Below are positions 11,907 through 22,241 of a stretch of 64,000 bases of DNA, one piece after another. Made by a program: the position numbers and the translations under genes. Within the stretch, counting starts at the first letter, position 1; every line of letters begins with the position of its first letter. This stretch comes from Pseudobdellovibrionaceae bacterium. Lineage in GTDB: Bacteria > Bdellovibrionota > Bdellovibrionia > Bdellovibrionales > Bdellovibrionaceae. Location of the stretch: NCBI GenBank assembly GCA_039810425.1, contig JBDHWW010000013.1, positions 1 to 64,000 of the forward strand, read 5' to 3'. The notes under the pieces were generated by a model. That model was not told where the DNA came from. It searched no databases and worked only from the letters and a program-made list of their open reading frames with translations.

Positions 11907-13403
11907 TCAAAAAGTGGATGACAATGGGGCTGCGACCTCAGCGAGCTTTCTTTTGAGGATTTTTCCGCTGTCACCTTTGGGCAATTCGTTAAGAAAAACA
12001 AAAAATTTCGGGATTTTGAACTTTGCAAGGTTCTTAAGGCAGTGGGCATGCAAGTCTTCTGTGGAAAGATCGGGACGGTCTTTCACGACAAACGCTTTGC
12101 CGACCTCGCCCCATTTTTCGTCCGGGACGCCGATCACCGCAACCTCGCGGACGCCGGGAAGAGTGCGAATGACTTGTTCGAGTTCCGGCGGGTAAACATT
12201 TTCGCCACCACTGATGTACATGTCTTTCTTACGGCCAACGACGTACACAAAGCCTTCTTCATCACGGCGTACGAGATCGCCGGTATGAAGCCAGCCGTTT
12301 TTGATCGTTTCACGGGTGGCTTTTTCGTTGTGCCAGTAACCGGCCATGCACATAGGGCCTTTTAGCACCAACTCGCCAACCTCGTTTGCCGGAACTTCAT
12401 TGCCATCGTTGTCAACGACACGGATTTCAATATAGAAATTAGGAAAACCGATCGAGCCGATTTTTCTCAAAGCATCTTCCTCATTCAAAGAAAATACATT
12501 CGGGCCGAACTCAGTCAGTCCGTATCCCTGGCGCACGGGAATGCCCTTGTCATCCCAGATCTTAATCAACGGAATCGGCATAGGTTCGCCGCCGCAGATC
12601 GCATAGCGGATAGCCGAAATGTCGATTTTCTCAAACAGCGGCGAACGCGCCATCATATCCATTGTGGTCGGAACGCCAAATAAAATCGTGGCATTTTCAC
12701 TGGAAGAAAGTTCGAGGATTTTGTCGCCGTCGAATTTCTTTAAGAGAATGATAGTGCCGCCGCGGTGAAGAATCGGAGTGGTTAAAACATTCCAGCCACC
12801 AGTGTGGAAGAATGGCAAGAAAATCACCGTGCAGTCGTTTTGCGACAGGTTCAGGCGCATCGTTGTATTGATGGAGTTCCAGAAAAGCATGTCGTGCGTA
12901 AGCACGGCCCCCTTTGGGGTCCCCGTGGTGCCCGAAGTGTAAAGAATCATCACGGGATCCGATGGTGATCCCAAAAAGCTCTCGTCGAGTGGTTCACCCG
13001 CGGGAATTCTGGAGCTTAACAAAGCCTTCTGGGGTACTTTTTTATTTTCAAATAACTGGGCGGCGAGATCCGCGAACACTTCTTGGTAAACAAGCAGAGC
13101 CGGCTCGCTGTCGTTCACGATATGCTCCACCTCACGATAGGTAAGGCGAAAGTTCACCGGAACTAAAATCGCGCCCAAGCGTTGGGCGGCGAAGAACAGA
13201 ACCACATAGTCGAGATCATTATGAGAGATCGCAGCGATACGGTCATTTTTTTGGAGGCCATACCGAGTGCGAAGCTCGTGGGCCTTTGCGAGAGATGCTT
13301 GATAGAGTTGGCTATAAGTTAAAGAGCGGCCGGTCTCGCCGTCTTTCAGGGCGATTTTTCCGGGGGAATACTGGTTCCAGCGCTTCAGCCAATCTAATTC
13401 CAT
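11907..13403 (-). CDS. Acyl-CoA synthetase (AMP-binding, FadD/MenE-like)
   Basis: YTSGTTGTPKG, GYGLTE, HTGD, GRKKDMYISGGENVYP, GKILK. Confidence 0.92.
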   Translation of the reverse strand: MELDWLKRWNQYSPGKIALKDGETGRSLTYSQLYQASLAKAHELRTRYGLQKNDRIAAISHNDLDYVVLFFAAQRLGAILVPVNFRLTYREVEHIVNDSEPALLVYQEVFADLAAQLFENKKVPQKALLSSRIPAGEPLDESFLGSPSDPVMILYTSGTTGTPKGAVLTHDMLFWNSINTTMRLNLSQNDCTVIFLPFFHTGGWNVLTTPILHRGGTIILLKKFDGDKILELSSSENATILFGVPTTMDMMARSPLFEKIDISAIRYAICGGEPMPIPLIKIWDDKGIPVRQGYGLTEFGPNVFSLNEEDALRKIGSIGFPNFYIEIRVVDNDGNEVPANEVGELVLKGPMCMAGYWHNEKATRETIKNGWLHTGDLVRRDEEGFVYVVGRKKDMYISGGENVYPPELEQVIRTLPGVREVAVIGVPDEKWGEVGKAFVVKDRPDLSTEDLHAHCLKNLAKFKIPKFFVFLNELPKGDSGKILKRKLAEVAAPLSSTF

Positions 13404-13416
13404 GAGCGACCTCTTA

Positions 13417-14415
13417 CTACGTGTTGTAGCCCCATTCAAGTGCGAGTGCGGCCATTGACATTCCTCCGCCAGAACCTAAAAGAACTACAAGGTCGCCCTT
13501 TTTCATCTTGTGGTCATGGGCGGCGTCCGCCAATGCCATACCTATGGAAGCGCTGCCGGTGTAACCGAACCGATCCATAATATAGTGAGCTTTATCGCGA
13601 GAAACTTCGAGGCGATCCATTGTTTCGTAAATGCTCTGAACGTTAAACTGAGTAATAAAGAAGTGAGAAATATCCTGAGGGCGCTTATCCATACGCTCGA
13701 GCAAGGTTTTTGTCAGGCGTGGCCAGTGGATGCCGTTTGTTTCAGGCGGAATACGCTTGGGAAAGGCTAAAAGGTGTTTCTTCGAATGCAAGACATCTTC
13801 GTTCACTGGAATTGCGGAGCCACCGGCATAGATCCCCATATAGTCATGGTATTGGCCATCAGTATAAAGTTCGCTTGTGATAAAACCCGCGGTATCTGCC
13901 GTCGGCTGAAGAACTGCCGCACCGGCACCATCCGCGAATAAAGAGGCGATCTTATAGTCATCGAAGTTGAGGTACTTGCTCATGGCGTATGCACCGACGA
14001 CGAGTATATTTTGATATTTGGAATCACTCGCGATATATTTGCTCGCGATATCACAACCAGTCACGAAGCCTGCACAAGCAGTGTTGATATCAAATGTGCC
14101 GGCCTTCGTTGCCCCCATGCGATATTGGACAACGGACGCTGTTGAAGGGGAAAGATAGTCGGGCGTGTCTGTTGACACAATAATAAGGTCGAGATCTTTT
14201 GCGCTGATACCGGCATTTTTCAAGGCTTCTTCAGCCGCAGGAATAATGAGGTCGGATGTGGTCTGATCTGATTTCATCCAACGACGTTCTCGGATATTTC
14301 TGTTTTCTGCCAGAAAGGTTCCGATGTCTTTCTTATAGAGATCATTGAAGTATTGATTTGTAACAACACGTTCAGGTGCATACATACCAGTGCCGGCAAT
14401 CGTTGCTTTTCTCAT
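13417..14415 (-). CDS. FabH-like (KAS III fold) enzyme with non-canonical catalytic residues
   Basis: TACAGF catalytic Cys, FADGAGA; ITQFN and GYTGSAS replace PHQAN and GNTSAAS. Confidence 0.85.
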   Translation of the reverse strand: MRKATIAGTGMYAPERVVTNQYFNDLYKKDIGTFLAENRNIRERRWMKSDQTTSDLIIPAAEEALKNAGISAKDLDLIIVSTDTPDYLSPSTASVVQYRMGATKAGTFDINTACAGFVTGCDIASKYIASDSKYQNILVVGAYAMSKYLNFDDYKIASLFADGAGAAVLQPTADTAGFITSELYTDGQYHDYMGIYAGGSAIPVNEDVLHSKKHLLAFPKRIPPETNGIHWPRLTKTLLERMDKRPQDISHFFITQFNVQSIYETMDRLEVSRDKAHYIMDRFGYTGSASIGMALADAAHDHKMKKGDLVVLLGSGGGMSMAALALEWGYNT

Positions 14416-14568
14416 ATAATTATTCCTTTCAAACCAATTCGTGTAAGACGATGTACAAATCTTTTTTTGGCTTTGGCAAGAAGTAAAATATAGAGTTTTT
14501 ACTCAAAACGCAGAGTGAAAAAATCATATATGTTGACCGGGCAATATGCCTGGGGGATATCAGCATTC

Positions 14569-15321
14569 ATGACAAACTTAAGTTTTAACTTCAATAATAA
14601 ATCCGCGATCGTTACTGGAGGAGCTTCTGGTATCGGTTTTCAAATCACAAAATCTTTCCTCGCCGCAAGCGCAAATGTCAGCGTGTGGGACTACTCGGAC
14701 AGTGCTCTTGCGCAAGCAAAAGCGGAACTTGGCCAGTTCACAAGCCAATTGCATTTCGCGAAAGTAGATGTGGGTAACAGGGACTCGTGCGCGCAAGCGG
14801 CTTCATCTGTTCCTTGGGCTGTGGATATCTTGGTGAATAACGCGGGAATCACGCGCGATAAATCTTTTGCCAAGATGACGGGCGAAGAGTGGGACGCCGT
14901 GATCGGCACAAATCTTACTGGTTTGTTCAACGTCACAAAATCTGTTTTTGAAAAATTCAATGCCACGTCGGCTCATAAGCGCATCGTGAACATTTCGAGT
15001 GTCGTTGCTCTCTATGGAAACTTTGGCCAAACGAACTACGTTGCGGCAAAGGCGGGTGTCATTGGAATGACCAAAACATGGGGTAAAGAATTCGCTCGTA
15101 AAGGTTTTACAGTGAACGCCATTGCGCCTGGCTTTATCAAGACGGCCATGACACAAGCGATGCCGAAAGAGGTGTTGGAACAAATGGCTTCTAAGGTTCC
15201 GGCGCAACGTCTGGGCGAAGTTGAAGACATCGCCAACACGGTGTTGTTCCTTTCGTCTGAACAAGCAACTTACATCAACGGAGCGGTGATCAACGTTGAT
15301 GGCGGTCTAGTGATAGGTTAA
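14569..15321 (+). CDS. SDR 3-oxoacyl-ACP / acetoacetyl-CoA reductase (FabG/PhaB-like)
   Basis: TGGASGIG, NNAGITRD, GNFGQTNYVAAK, VNAIAPGFI. Confidence 0.9.
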   Translation: MTNLSFNFNNKSAIVTGGASGIGFQITKSFLAASANVSVWDYSDSALAQAKAELGQFTSQLHFAKVDVGNRDSCAQAASSVPWAVDILVNNAGITRDKSFAKMTGEEWDAVIGTNLTGLFNVTKSVFEKFNATSAHKRIVNISSVVALYGNFGQTNYVAAKAGVIGMTKTWGKEFARKGFTVNAIAPGFIKTAMTQAMPKEVLEQMASKVPAQRLGEVEDIANTVLFLSSEQATYINGAVINVDGGLVIG

Positions 15322-15334
15322 CTCTGAGGGGGGT

Positions 15335-16300
15335 TTGAAAATGAAAGTAGTAATCAGTGTTTTTTCGTTTCTATTGGTATTGATGATTTCGGGTTTCGCA
15401 TTTGCTTTTAGCACTGGCAATAGTGCCGACAATTTCAAAGGCGAAACTTTTAAAGGATTCATCAAAATCCGCGAAGGCCGCGAACTCTTTGTTGATTATG
15501 TTAAACCTGAGGCCGGACAGCCTATGCTGATCATTCTCAATGGCCTGACCTACAGCACTGTTCAATGGAATCGTTTCGTCGCTGAAATTAGTAAGCGCGG
15601 CGTAGGCCTTCTTCGTTATGATATGTTCGGCATGGGCCAAACTTTGTTGAAGTATGCGCCAGCGACCGATGTGATCTCTTATCAAGATCAAGCGGAGGAT
15701 TTGAAAAAACTTTTGACCGTGATGAAGTTGAAAGGCCCCTATAACTTCGTAGGGCTTTCTTACGGTGGCGGCATCGGGCTCGCTTACTCTTTCGTCTACC
15801 CGCAAGATATTAAGAATCTAATCTTGATGGCGCCTTACACGGAGCCACTCGAAGGACAATACAAGTGGATCATGTCGCAGATCTGGGCGACCCGCCAAGT
15901 CTATCCTTATAATCCGGCGTCTGATGACGAGCTCTATGACTATTTCTTGCATCAGATCGTGTATGCGACTTACCCGCAAGCGGAGCCTGTTGTGTTGCAG
16001 AATCCATTCATTCTTGAAGGCGTCTTCAGAATGGTTCAGGGCATTCGCAAGTTCCGTCCAGTGGATTTGACAAGACAAATCCCCGCAACCACTCACTTGA
16101 TGATTGCGGAGTTTGACCAATATATCCCGCGTCCCGTCCTGAATACCTTCTGGGACGCAGTTCCTGCAGCTTCCAAAGGAACTTGTGTGATCGTGAAAAA
16201 CTCTGAGCACAAGATTCCGGAGGCAATGCCGGCGTTTGCCGCGAAATGGGTTTACGACATTCTTCAGGGAGCCAATCATGCCTCTTCTAAATGTCAATGA
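15335..16300 (+). CDS. Secreted alpha/beta hydrolase
   Basis: Signal peptide; GLSYGG nucleophile elbow; Asp and His near the C-terminus. Confidence 0.82.
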   Translation: MKMKVVISVFSFLLVLMISGFAFAFSTGNSADNFKGETFKGFIKIREGRELFVDYVKPEAGQPMLIILNGLTYSTVQWNRFVAEISKRGVGLLRYDMFGMGQTLLKYAPATDVISYQDQAEDLKKLLTVMKLKGPYNFVGLSYGGGIGLAYSFVYPQDIKNLILMAPYTEPLEGQYKWIMSQIWATRQVYPYNPASDDELYDYFLHQIVYATYPQAEPVVLQNPFILEGVFRMVQGIRKFRPVDLTRQIPATTHLMIAEFDQYIPRPVLNTFWDAVPAASKGTCVIVKNSEHKIPEAMPAFAAKWVYDILQGANHASSKCQ

Positions 16301-17096
16301 TGGCACAGGCTTTCAGTTAAACTACGAGGTCCATCAGGGCCTCGTTCCTGAGACGACTCTTTTCCTCCATGGCAACTTGGCCTCTAATCGCTGGTGGCAG
16401 CCGGCCCATGAGTTTTGGCAAGCGCAAGCCCGCACGAAAAACCATGCGGGGTCTTTGATTTATGCAGAATTCCGCGGTTGCGGTAAAAGCTCGGCACCTA
16501 AAAATGAATCGGAAGTCGACATGCACCGTTTTGCTGACGACTTTATTACGCTTGTTAAAAATTTGAATGCTGGCCCTGTTCACTTGGTAGGGCATTCCAC
16601 GGGCGGTTTGATCGCGGCATTGATGATGACTCAGGCACCGGAGCTTTTTAAAAAGGCTGTCCTCTTGGATCCGGTCGGGGCGACGGGTGTTCAATTTGAT
16701 AACTCCATGATCGCGGCCTTTGAGCAAATGAAAGTCGATAGAGATCTTGTCGGAACGGTCATGCACTCGACGATCTGGCAAAATAATAAAGACTCTGAGT
16801 TCTTTAAAAATGTGGTGGTTGAGGACGCATTTCATGCGGTGAAGTCCGTAGGACACCTCGTGTTAAAGGCTCTTGATGGACTCGACTCACGTCAAAGCAT
16901 TGCTAAAATCACACACCCTGTCCTTGTTTTGCACGGTGAGCACGACAAACTCTTGCCCATGCAGGATTCCGAGGCGATGGCGGGGCTTATGAAAAATGCC
17001 CAATTTAGAGTCATCAACAGCCAGGGTCATTGCGCAAATGTCGAGGCACCAGAAAAATTTGTCGGACTTGTGCGAGAATTTTTGTTTTCAAAATAG
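16278..17096 (+). CDS. Alpha/beta hydrolase (possible PHB depolymerase / 3HB-oligomer esterase)
   Basis: LHGN oxyanion motif, GHSTGG, HGEHD, GHC. Confidence 0.8.
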   Translation: MPLLNVNDGTGFQLNYEVHQGLVPETTLFLHGNLASNRWWQPAHEFWQAQARTKNHAGSLIYAEFRGCGKSSAPKNESEVDMHRFADDFITLVKNLNAGPVHLVGHSTGGLIAALMMTQAPELFKKAVLLDPVGATGVQFDNSMIAAFEQMKVDRDLVGTVMHSTIWQNNKDSEFFKNVVVEDAFHAVKSVGHLVLKALDGLDSRQSIAKITHPVLVLHGEHDKLLPMQDSEAMAGLMKNAQFRVINSQGHCANVEAPEKFVGLVREFLFSK

Positions 17097-17253
17097 GGCT
17101 CATTCGAAAATTGCGGATCAATAATACAACGCAATAAGACATCGGAAGGATTGGCATAAATTCTTGCGGGCACTTTCGTTATACGCTAGTAATCAATGAT
17201 ACAAATGTGAAAACCAATTGATTACAAATCGTCCCTCTGGGGAGTGCAGTTCT

Positions 17254-17790
17254 ATGTCTGAATCTAGAGATGAATACAATCGCGGTGGAATGAATGCCTT
17301 TATTTTCTCAATGGTGTTCGTTTGCCTATTTTTTATCTATATTGTTGCGATCCATCCAGGTGTAAACCTCGGTGAGAAAGTTGTTGATCCCAATGCAGTG
17401 GTTGCTGCTTCGGGCGAACCGGCTTTCGATATCACAACGGTGAAAGAGCCTTGGGTTAAAGACGATAAAGTCGTGGCTTACGGTGCAAAACTCTTCGCCA
17501 CTAACTGTGCAATGTGCCACGGTAGTGAAGGGAAAGGCGATGGCCCTGCCGGGCAAGGTTTGAACCCAAAACCACGTAACATGGTTGAAGGTAAATGGAC
17601 TCAGGGTGGTGGCGCTACCGATCACTTCAAAGTTATTACTGACGGTATTCCAGGATCTTCGATGGCGGCTTTCGGTCACTTCAAAGTTGCTGACCGTTGG
17701 GCGTTGGTTCAATTCATCGAATCGATTACTACAAATAAATCCAAAGATTCTCCTGAAAAGGTTGCGGAGTTCGCAAAAACTGCGAAATAG
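17254..17790 (+). CDS. Membrane-anchored monoheme cytochrome c
   Basis: TM helix, CAMCH, GDGPAG..LNPKPRN, distal Met in GSSM. Confidence 0.9.
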   Translation: MSESRDEYNRGGMNAFIFSMVFVCLFFIYIVAIHPGVNLGEKVVDPNAVVAASGEPAFDITTVKEPWVKDDKVVAYGAKLFATNCAMCHGSEGKGDGPAGQGLNPKPRNMVEGKWTQGGGATDHFKVITDGIPGSSMAAFGHFKVADRWALVQFIESITTNKSKDSPEKVAEFAKTAK

Positions 17791-17796
17791 GGAAGC

Positions 17797-18678
17797 ATGA
17801 TGAAGCTCGGTCGTTGGAACACGCAGAAGAGGGTTCAAGGAGTCGCGGTGGCGGCTCTTTTTGCGCTTTTATTTGCGCCAACGGTACAGGCGGCTTACGA
17901 GCCTAAACCTGCAGAGATGCTGGCGGGTGAGCAAGCCAAGGAACTTCAAGGTGTTGGTATTGATGAAAAGATCGGTACAAACATCGACCTCAATCTGACT
18001 TTTAAAGATGAAAACGGCGAAACTGTCACGCTGGCGAAATATATTAACGGCAGCCACATTCCCGTGATCATTAGCCCGGTTTATTATAGTTGCCCGGGTC
18101 TTTGTAATTTCCACCTCAACGGTCTGACAGATGCTTTGAAGCTGATGGACTGGAATGTGGGCGATAAATTCAAAGTTGTTGCAATCAGCTTTGACGCAAA
18201 AGAGACCCCGGACCTTGCACTCAAGAAAAAAGCCTCTTATATGAAGATCTACAACCGCGCGGGAACTGAGGGTGGCTGGAGTTTCTTAACGGGTGATGAG
18301 GCGAATATTAAAGCTCTTACTTCTGCGGTGGGCTTTAAGTTCAAATGGAATGAAGAAGCAAAAGAGTGGGCACATGCATCGGCTGCGATCGTGGTCACTC
18401 CAGATGGTAAAATCTCACGTTATTTGCCAGGGATTATGTTTGATCCTAAAGACGTGAAGCTTGCGATTAACGAAGCTTCAAACGGCAAAATGGGAACCTT
18501 TGTCGACAATTTGGTTCTCTATTGTTTTCAGTACAATCCACATCAGAGCAAGTACACCCTGTATGCTTTCAATATCATGAAGCTGGGCGGGGCGCTGATG
18601 GTTCTGGTGTTGGCTTTATGGTTATTGCCGGTTTGGGTTCGCTCACGTAGGGCGGGCGCAAAAGTGGCGAGGAGTTGA
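17797..18678 (+). CDS. SCO family copper chaperone
   Basis: YYSCPGLC (CxxxC), conserved His in AHAS, C-terminal TM. Confidence 0.9.
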   Translation: MMKLGRWNTQKRVQGVAVAALFALLFAPTVQAAYEPKPAEMLAGEQAKELQGVGIDEKIGTNIDLNLTFKDENGETVTLAKYINGSHIPVIISPVYYSCPGLCNFHLNGLTDALKLMDWNVGDKFKVVAISFDAKETPDLALKKKASYMKIYNRAGTEGGWSFLTGDEANIKALTSAVGFKFKWNEEAKEWAHASAAIVVTPDGKISRYLPGIMFDPKDVKLAINEASNGKMGTFVDNLVLYCFQYNPHQSKYTLYAFNIMKLGGALMVLVLALWLLPVWVRSRRAGAKVARS

Positions 18679-18684
18679 GGTTTC

Positions 18685-19641
18685 ATGATGTGGTTTAATT
18701 TAGCACAGGCACAGTCCTTTATGCCGGCGGAAGGAACGAAGATTGCGACTCAAGTCGACAATCTCTATGCATTCCTTCTTTTGGCGAGTTTCGTATCGTG
18801 TGTCATCCTCATTGGGGGGATGGTCTACTTTGTATGGAAATACAGACGTAAGACAAACAGCGATAAAACTGCCTATATCACTCACAATACATTCTTGGAG
18901 TTCTTGTGGTCATTCATTCCACTCGTGATTTTCTTGGGTGTCTTTGGTTGGGGCTGGTATATTTACCACGATATGCGCTCTATGCCAACAGACGCGCTGG
19001 AAATTCACGTATTTGGCAAGCAATGGGCTTGGGAGTTTGAATATAAGTCTGGTGTTAAGACTGGTAATATGATCGTTGTTCCGGTGAACAAAGACGTGAA
19101 ACTGATCATGACTTCTAAAGACGTTATCCACAGCTTCTACATTCCATCATTCCGTATCAAGCAAGACGTGGTTCCGGGCCGTTACACCGCTTTGTGGTTC
19201 AACGCTGACAAGCTGGGTGAATTCCACGTTTTCTGCGCAGAATTCTGCGGAACCCAGCACTCAGGCATGTTGGCGACTTTGAAAGTTGTTCCGCAGGCTG
19301 AATACGAAGCTTGGTTGGAAGAAGAGTCTCAGGTTGGGAATTTGCCATTAGCTAAACGTGGTGAGAAAATTTTTGCGGTGAAAGCCTGCGCATCTTGCCA
19401 CTCTGTCGCGGATGCTTCTACGAAAGTAGGCCCTTCTCTTTGGAAGAAATTTGCCGCCTCCGAGCATGTCGAGGGTGAAGCGGATGTTAACGTAGATGAA
19501 AACTACCTTCGTGAATCTATCTTGAATCCAAATGCGAAGATCGTAAAGGGCTTCCCGAAAGGGGTTATGCCTACGTTCCAGGGTCAATTGAACGAAACCG
19601 AGCTTAATGCGCTTATTGAGTACATTAAGACGTTGAAATAA
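18685..19641 (+). CDS. coxB: Cytochrome c oxidase subunit II with fused cytochrome c
   Basis: DVIHSF, CAEFCGTQHSGM (CuA site), C-terminal CASCH. Confidence 0.95.
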   Translation: MMWFNLAQAQSFMPAEGTKIATQVDNLYAFLLLASFVSCVILIGGMVYFVWKYRRKTNSDKTAYITHNTFLEFLWSFIPLVIFLGVFGWGWYIYHDMRSMPTDALEIHVFGKQWAWEFEYKSGVKTGNMIVVPVNKDVKLIMTSKDVIHSFYIPSFRIKQDVVPGRYTALWFNADKLGEFHVFCAEFCGTQHSGMLATLKVVPQAEYEAWLEEESQVGNLPLAKRGEKIFAVKACASCHSVADASTKVGPSLWKKFAASEHVEGEADVNVDENYLRESILNPNAKIVKGFPKGVMPTFQGQLNETELNALIEYIKTLK

Positions 19642-19651
19642 GGAGGGCACG

Positions 19652-21247
19652 ATGGCAAATGCAGCAGCCCACGGCAGTGATAAAAATTATCTAAATGAAA
19701 CCAGCGGTATTTGGTCTTGGTTAACGACTTTGGACCATAAGCGTATCGGTATCATGTACTTTGTTACAGTGATGTTCTTCTTCCTATTGGGTGGAATCAT
19801 GGCTCTCTTGATCCGCTTGGAGCTCATGTCTCCAGGCCCGACGATCATGACAGCTGATACATACAATCAAGTCATGACTTACCACGGGGCCATCATGGTC
19901 TTCATGGTGATCATCCCGGGTATTCCGGCGATTCTGGGGAACTTCTTTCTGCCGATTCATATCGGTGCGAAAGACGTCGCCTTCCCGAAGCTGAACCTTC
20001 TTTCTTGGTACTGCTTGATGGCGGGCGCTCTTCTGGCTTTCTCGACTTTGTTCACACACAAGATCGATACGGGCTGGACGTTCTACACCCCTTACTCTAT
20101 TAAAACAGGAACTTCAGTTGTCACAATGGTGATCGCGGCTTTCATCATGGGTATGTCATCCATCCTGACGGGCTTGAACTTCATTGCGACTGTTCACAAG
20201 CTTCGTGCTCCCGGCATGACGATGTACCGCATCCCACTCTTTGTTTGGGCGCTTTATTCGACAGCGATCCTGCAGGTTTTGGCGACTCCGGTTTTGGGTA
20301 TCACGTTGTTACTTCTTACGATGGAGCGCACCTTCGGCGTGGGGATCTTCGATCCCGCACTGGGCGGTGATCCGGTCTTGTTCCAGCACTTTTTCTGGTT
20401 CTATTCGCATCCTGCGGTTTACATCATGATTCTTCCGGCGATGGGTGTGGTTTCTGAGTTGATCGCGACGTTCTCTCGCAAAACAATCTTCGGTTATACG
20501 GCGATTGCATATTCTTCATTGGGCATCGCGGGCGTTTCTTTCTTCGTATGGGGCCATCACATGTTTGTGTCTGGTCAATCCACAACGGCGGGTGTGTTGT
20601 TCTCATTCATCACGATGCTCGTGGGTGTTCCTACGGCAATCAAAATGTTCAACTGGATTTCAACGATGTACAAAGGCTCCGTGCAGATGCAGTCGCCTAT
20701 GTTATTTGCGTTGGGTTTCTTGTTCTTGTTCGCAATTGGTGGTGTGACAGGAATTATGTTGGCGGTTTTGCCAGTCGACGTTCACTTTCATGATACTTAC
20801 TTTGTGGTCGCCCACTTCCACTACGTGATGGTGGGTGGTACTTTGATGGCGATCATGGGTGGTTTCTACTATTGGTTCCCGAAGATGTTCGGAAAGATGT
20901 ACAGCGAAGCTTTGGCACGTTTTTCTTTCGTGTTCATCTTTATCGGTTTTAACGTGACCTTCTTCCCTCAATTCGTATTGGGTGCGATGGGTATGCCACG
21001 TCGTTATTTCGACTATATTCCGGCATATCACTCTTTGAATACGATTTCGACTGTGGGATCTTGGTTGATTGCTACAGGTTTCTTGATCGGATTGTACACA
21101 ATCATCAATGGTTTGACGAAAGGTGCGAAAGCTCCAGCTAATCCATGGGGAGGTAAAACTCTTGAGTGGACGACGACTTCTCCACCACCTCACTTCAACT
21201 TTGATGTAGAACCAGTTATTACAGCGGGGCCTTATGAGTACAGATAG
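19652..21247 (+). CDS. coxA: Cytochrome c oxidase subunit I (A2 type)
   Basis: DHKRIG, GWTFY.P, WFYSHPAVY, WGHHM, HDTYFVVAHFHY, MPRRY. Confidence 0.97.
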   Translation: MANAAAHGSDKNYLNETSGIWSWLTTLDHKRIGIMYFVTVMFFFLLGGIMALLIRLELMSPGPTIMTADTYNQVMTYHGAIMVFMVIIPGIPAILGNFFLPIHIGAKDVAFPKLNLLSWYCLMAGALLAFSTLFTHKIDTGWTFYTPYSIKTGTSVVTMVIAAFIMGMSSILTGLNFIATVHKLRAPGMTMYRIPLFVWALYSTAILQVLATPVLGITLLLLTMERTFGVGIFDPALGGDPVLFQHFFWFYSHPAVYIMILPAMGVVSELIATFSRKTIFGYTAIAYSSLGIAGVSFFVWGHHMFVSGQSTTAGVLFSFITMLVGVPTAIKMFNWISTMYKGSVQMQSPMLFALGFLFLFAIGGVTGIMLAVLPVDVHFHDTYFVVAHFHYVMVGGTLMAIMGGFYYWFPKMFGKMYSEALARFSFVFIFIGFNVTFFPQFVLGAMGMPRRYFDYIPAYHSLNTISTVGSWLIATGFLIGLYTIINGLTKGAKAPANPWGGKTLEWTTTSPPPHFNFDVEPVITAGPYEYR

Positions 21248-21899
21248 TCACTCAGCACACGGACACGAACATCATGTTGCTCACCACTTCAGAAGTGCTG
21301 AGCATGAGTACCTTACGAGCAAAGAAGGCATTTGGTTATTTATGGTAACTGAGATCCTTATGTTCGGTGGTCTCTTCGTTGGTTACTCGATTTTCCACAA
21401 CATCTATCCGGAGATGTTTGCTGAGGGTGCGAAGTCTCTTGATTGGAAGATGGGTTTCACGAACACTTTGGTTCTGATCTTTTCTTCTTTGACAATGGCT
21501 TTGGGTATTTACTTCTTGCAGAGGAATCAGGCGAAGAAAGCGGCGATGTCCTTGGCGATCACCATCTTTTGCGGTGCGATCTTCATGGTCATCAAGTACT
21601 TCGAATACACCCATAAGTTCCACTTGGGTCTCTATCCAGGCCGTTTCTTGGACGTGACGAAAGTCGGAGCTGAGCATGCGAACCTGGGTATGTACTTCGG
21701 CTTCTACTACTGCATGACGGGTCTTCACGGGATTCACGTTCTTTTGGGAATGGGTTTGATTTCTTGGGTTCTTTTTAGGACTGTCCGTGGCGATTTCAAT
21801 TCGAACTACTATACTGCGGTTGAAGGTGTCGGTATCTTCTGGCACATCGTCGATTTGATCTGGATTTTCTTGTTCCCATTACTTTACTTGGTTGGATAG
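21234..21899 (+). CDS. coxC: Cytochrome c oxidase subunit III
   Basis: WLFMVTEILMFGGLF, TGLHGIHV, FWHIVDLIWIFLFPLLYL. Confidence 0.95.
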   Translation: MSTDSHSAHGHEHHVAHHFRSAEHEYLTSKEGIWLFMVTEILMFGGLFVGYSIFHNIYPEMFAEGAKSLDWKMGFTNTLVLIFSSLTMALGIYFLQRNQAKKAAMSLAITIFCGAIFMVIKYFEYTHKFHLGLYPGRFLDVTKVGAEHANLGMYFGFYYCMTGLHGIHVLLGMGLISWVLFRTVRGDFNSNYYTAVEGVGIFWHIVDLIWIFLFPLLYLVG

Positions 21900-21911
21900 G
21901 AGAGGATTGCA

Positions 21912-22238
21912 ATGGCAAATTCACATGACGACAGTCAGGGACATCATATCACTCCGTTTGCGACCTATTTGAAAGTGGCGGGCGCGTTGTTCGCCCTTAC
22001 TTTCTTGACGGTCATTGCTCACCACTTTAACCAACAGCTTGGCGCATTGGCGGCTCCGGTTGCGTTTTTGATCGCGACGGTAAAGGCAGTTTTGGTTATG
22101 CTGTGGTTTATGCATTTGAAATACGACAGCGTGATGAACCGTGTGATCTTCGGTGCAGGATTCTTCTTCTTGGCACTGTTGCTCGCGTTTAGCGGTTTAG
22201 ATATTTGGACGCGTGTTATAGAGACCAGCACGTTGTAA
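21912..22238 (+). CDS. coxD: Cytochrome c oxidase subunit IV family protein
   Basis: KAVLVMLWFMHLKY motif; three TM helices. Confidence 0.88.
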   Translation: MANSHDDSQGHHITPFATYLKVAGALFALTFLTVIAHHFNQQLGALAAPVAFLIATVKAVLVMLWFMHLKYDSVMNRVIFGAGFFFLALLLAFSGLDIWTRVIETSTL

Positions 22239-22241
22239 TTT

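Noticed and set aside
17151..17167. Possible sigma54 promoter upstream of the cox operon (TTGGCATAAATTCTTGC)
   Set aside because: GG-GC spacing is one base longer than the strict -24/-12 consensus.
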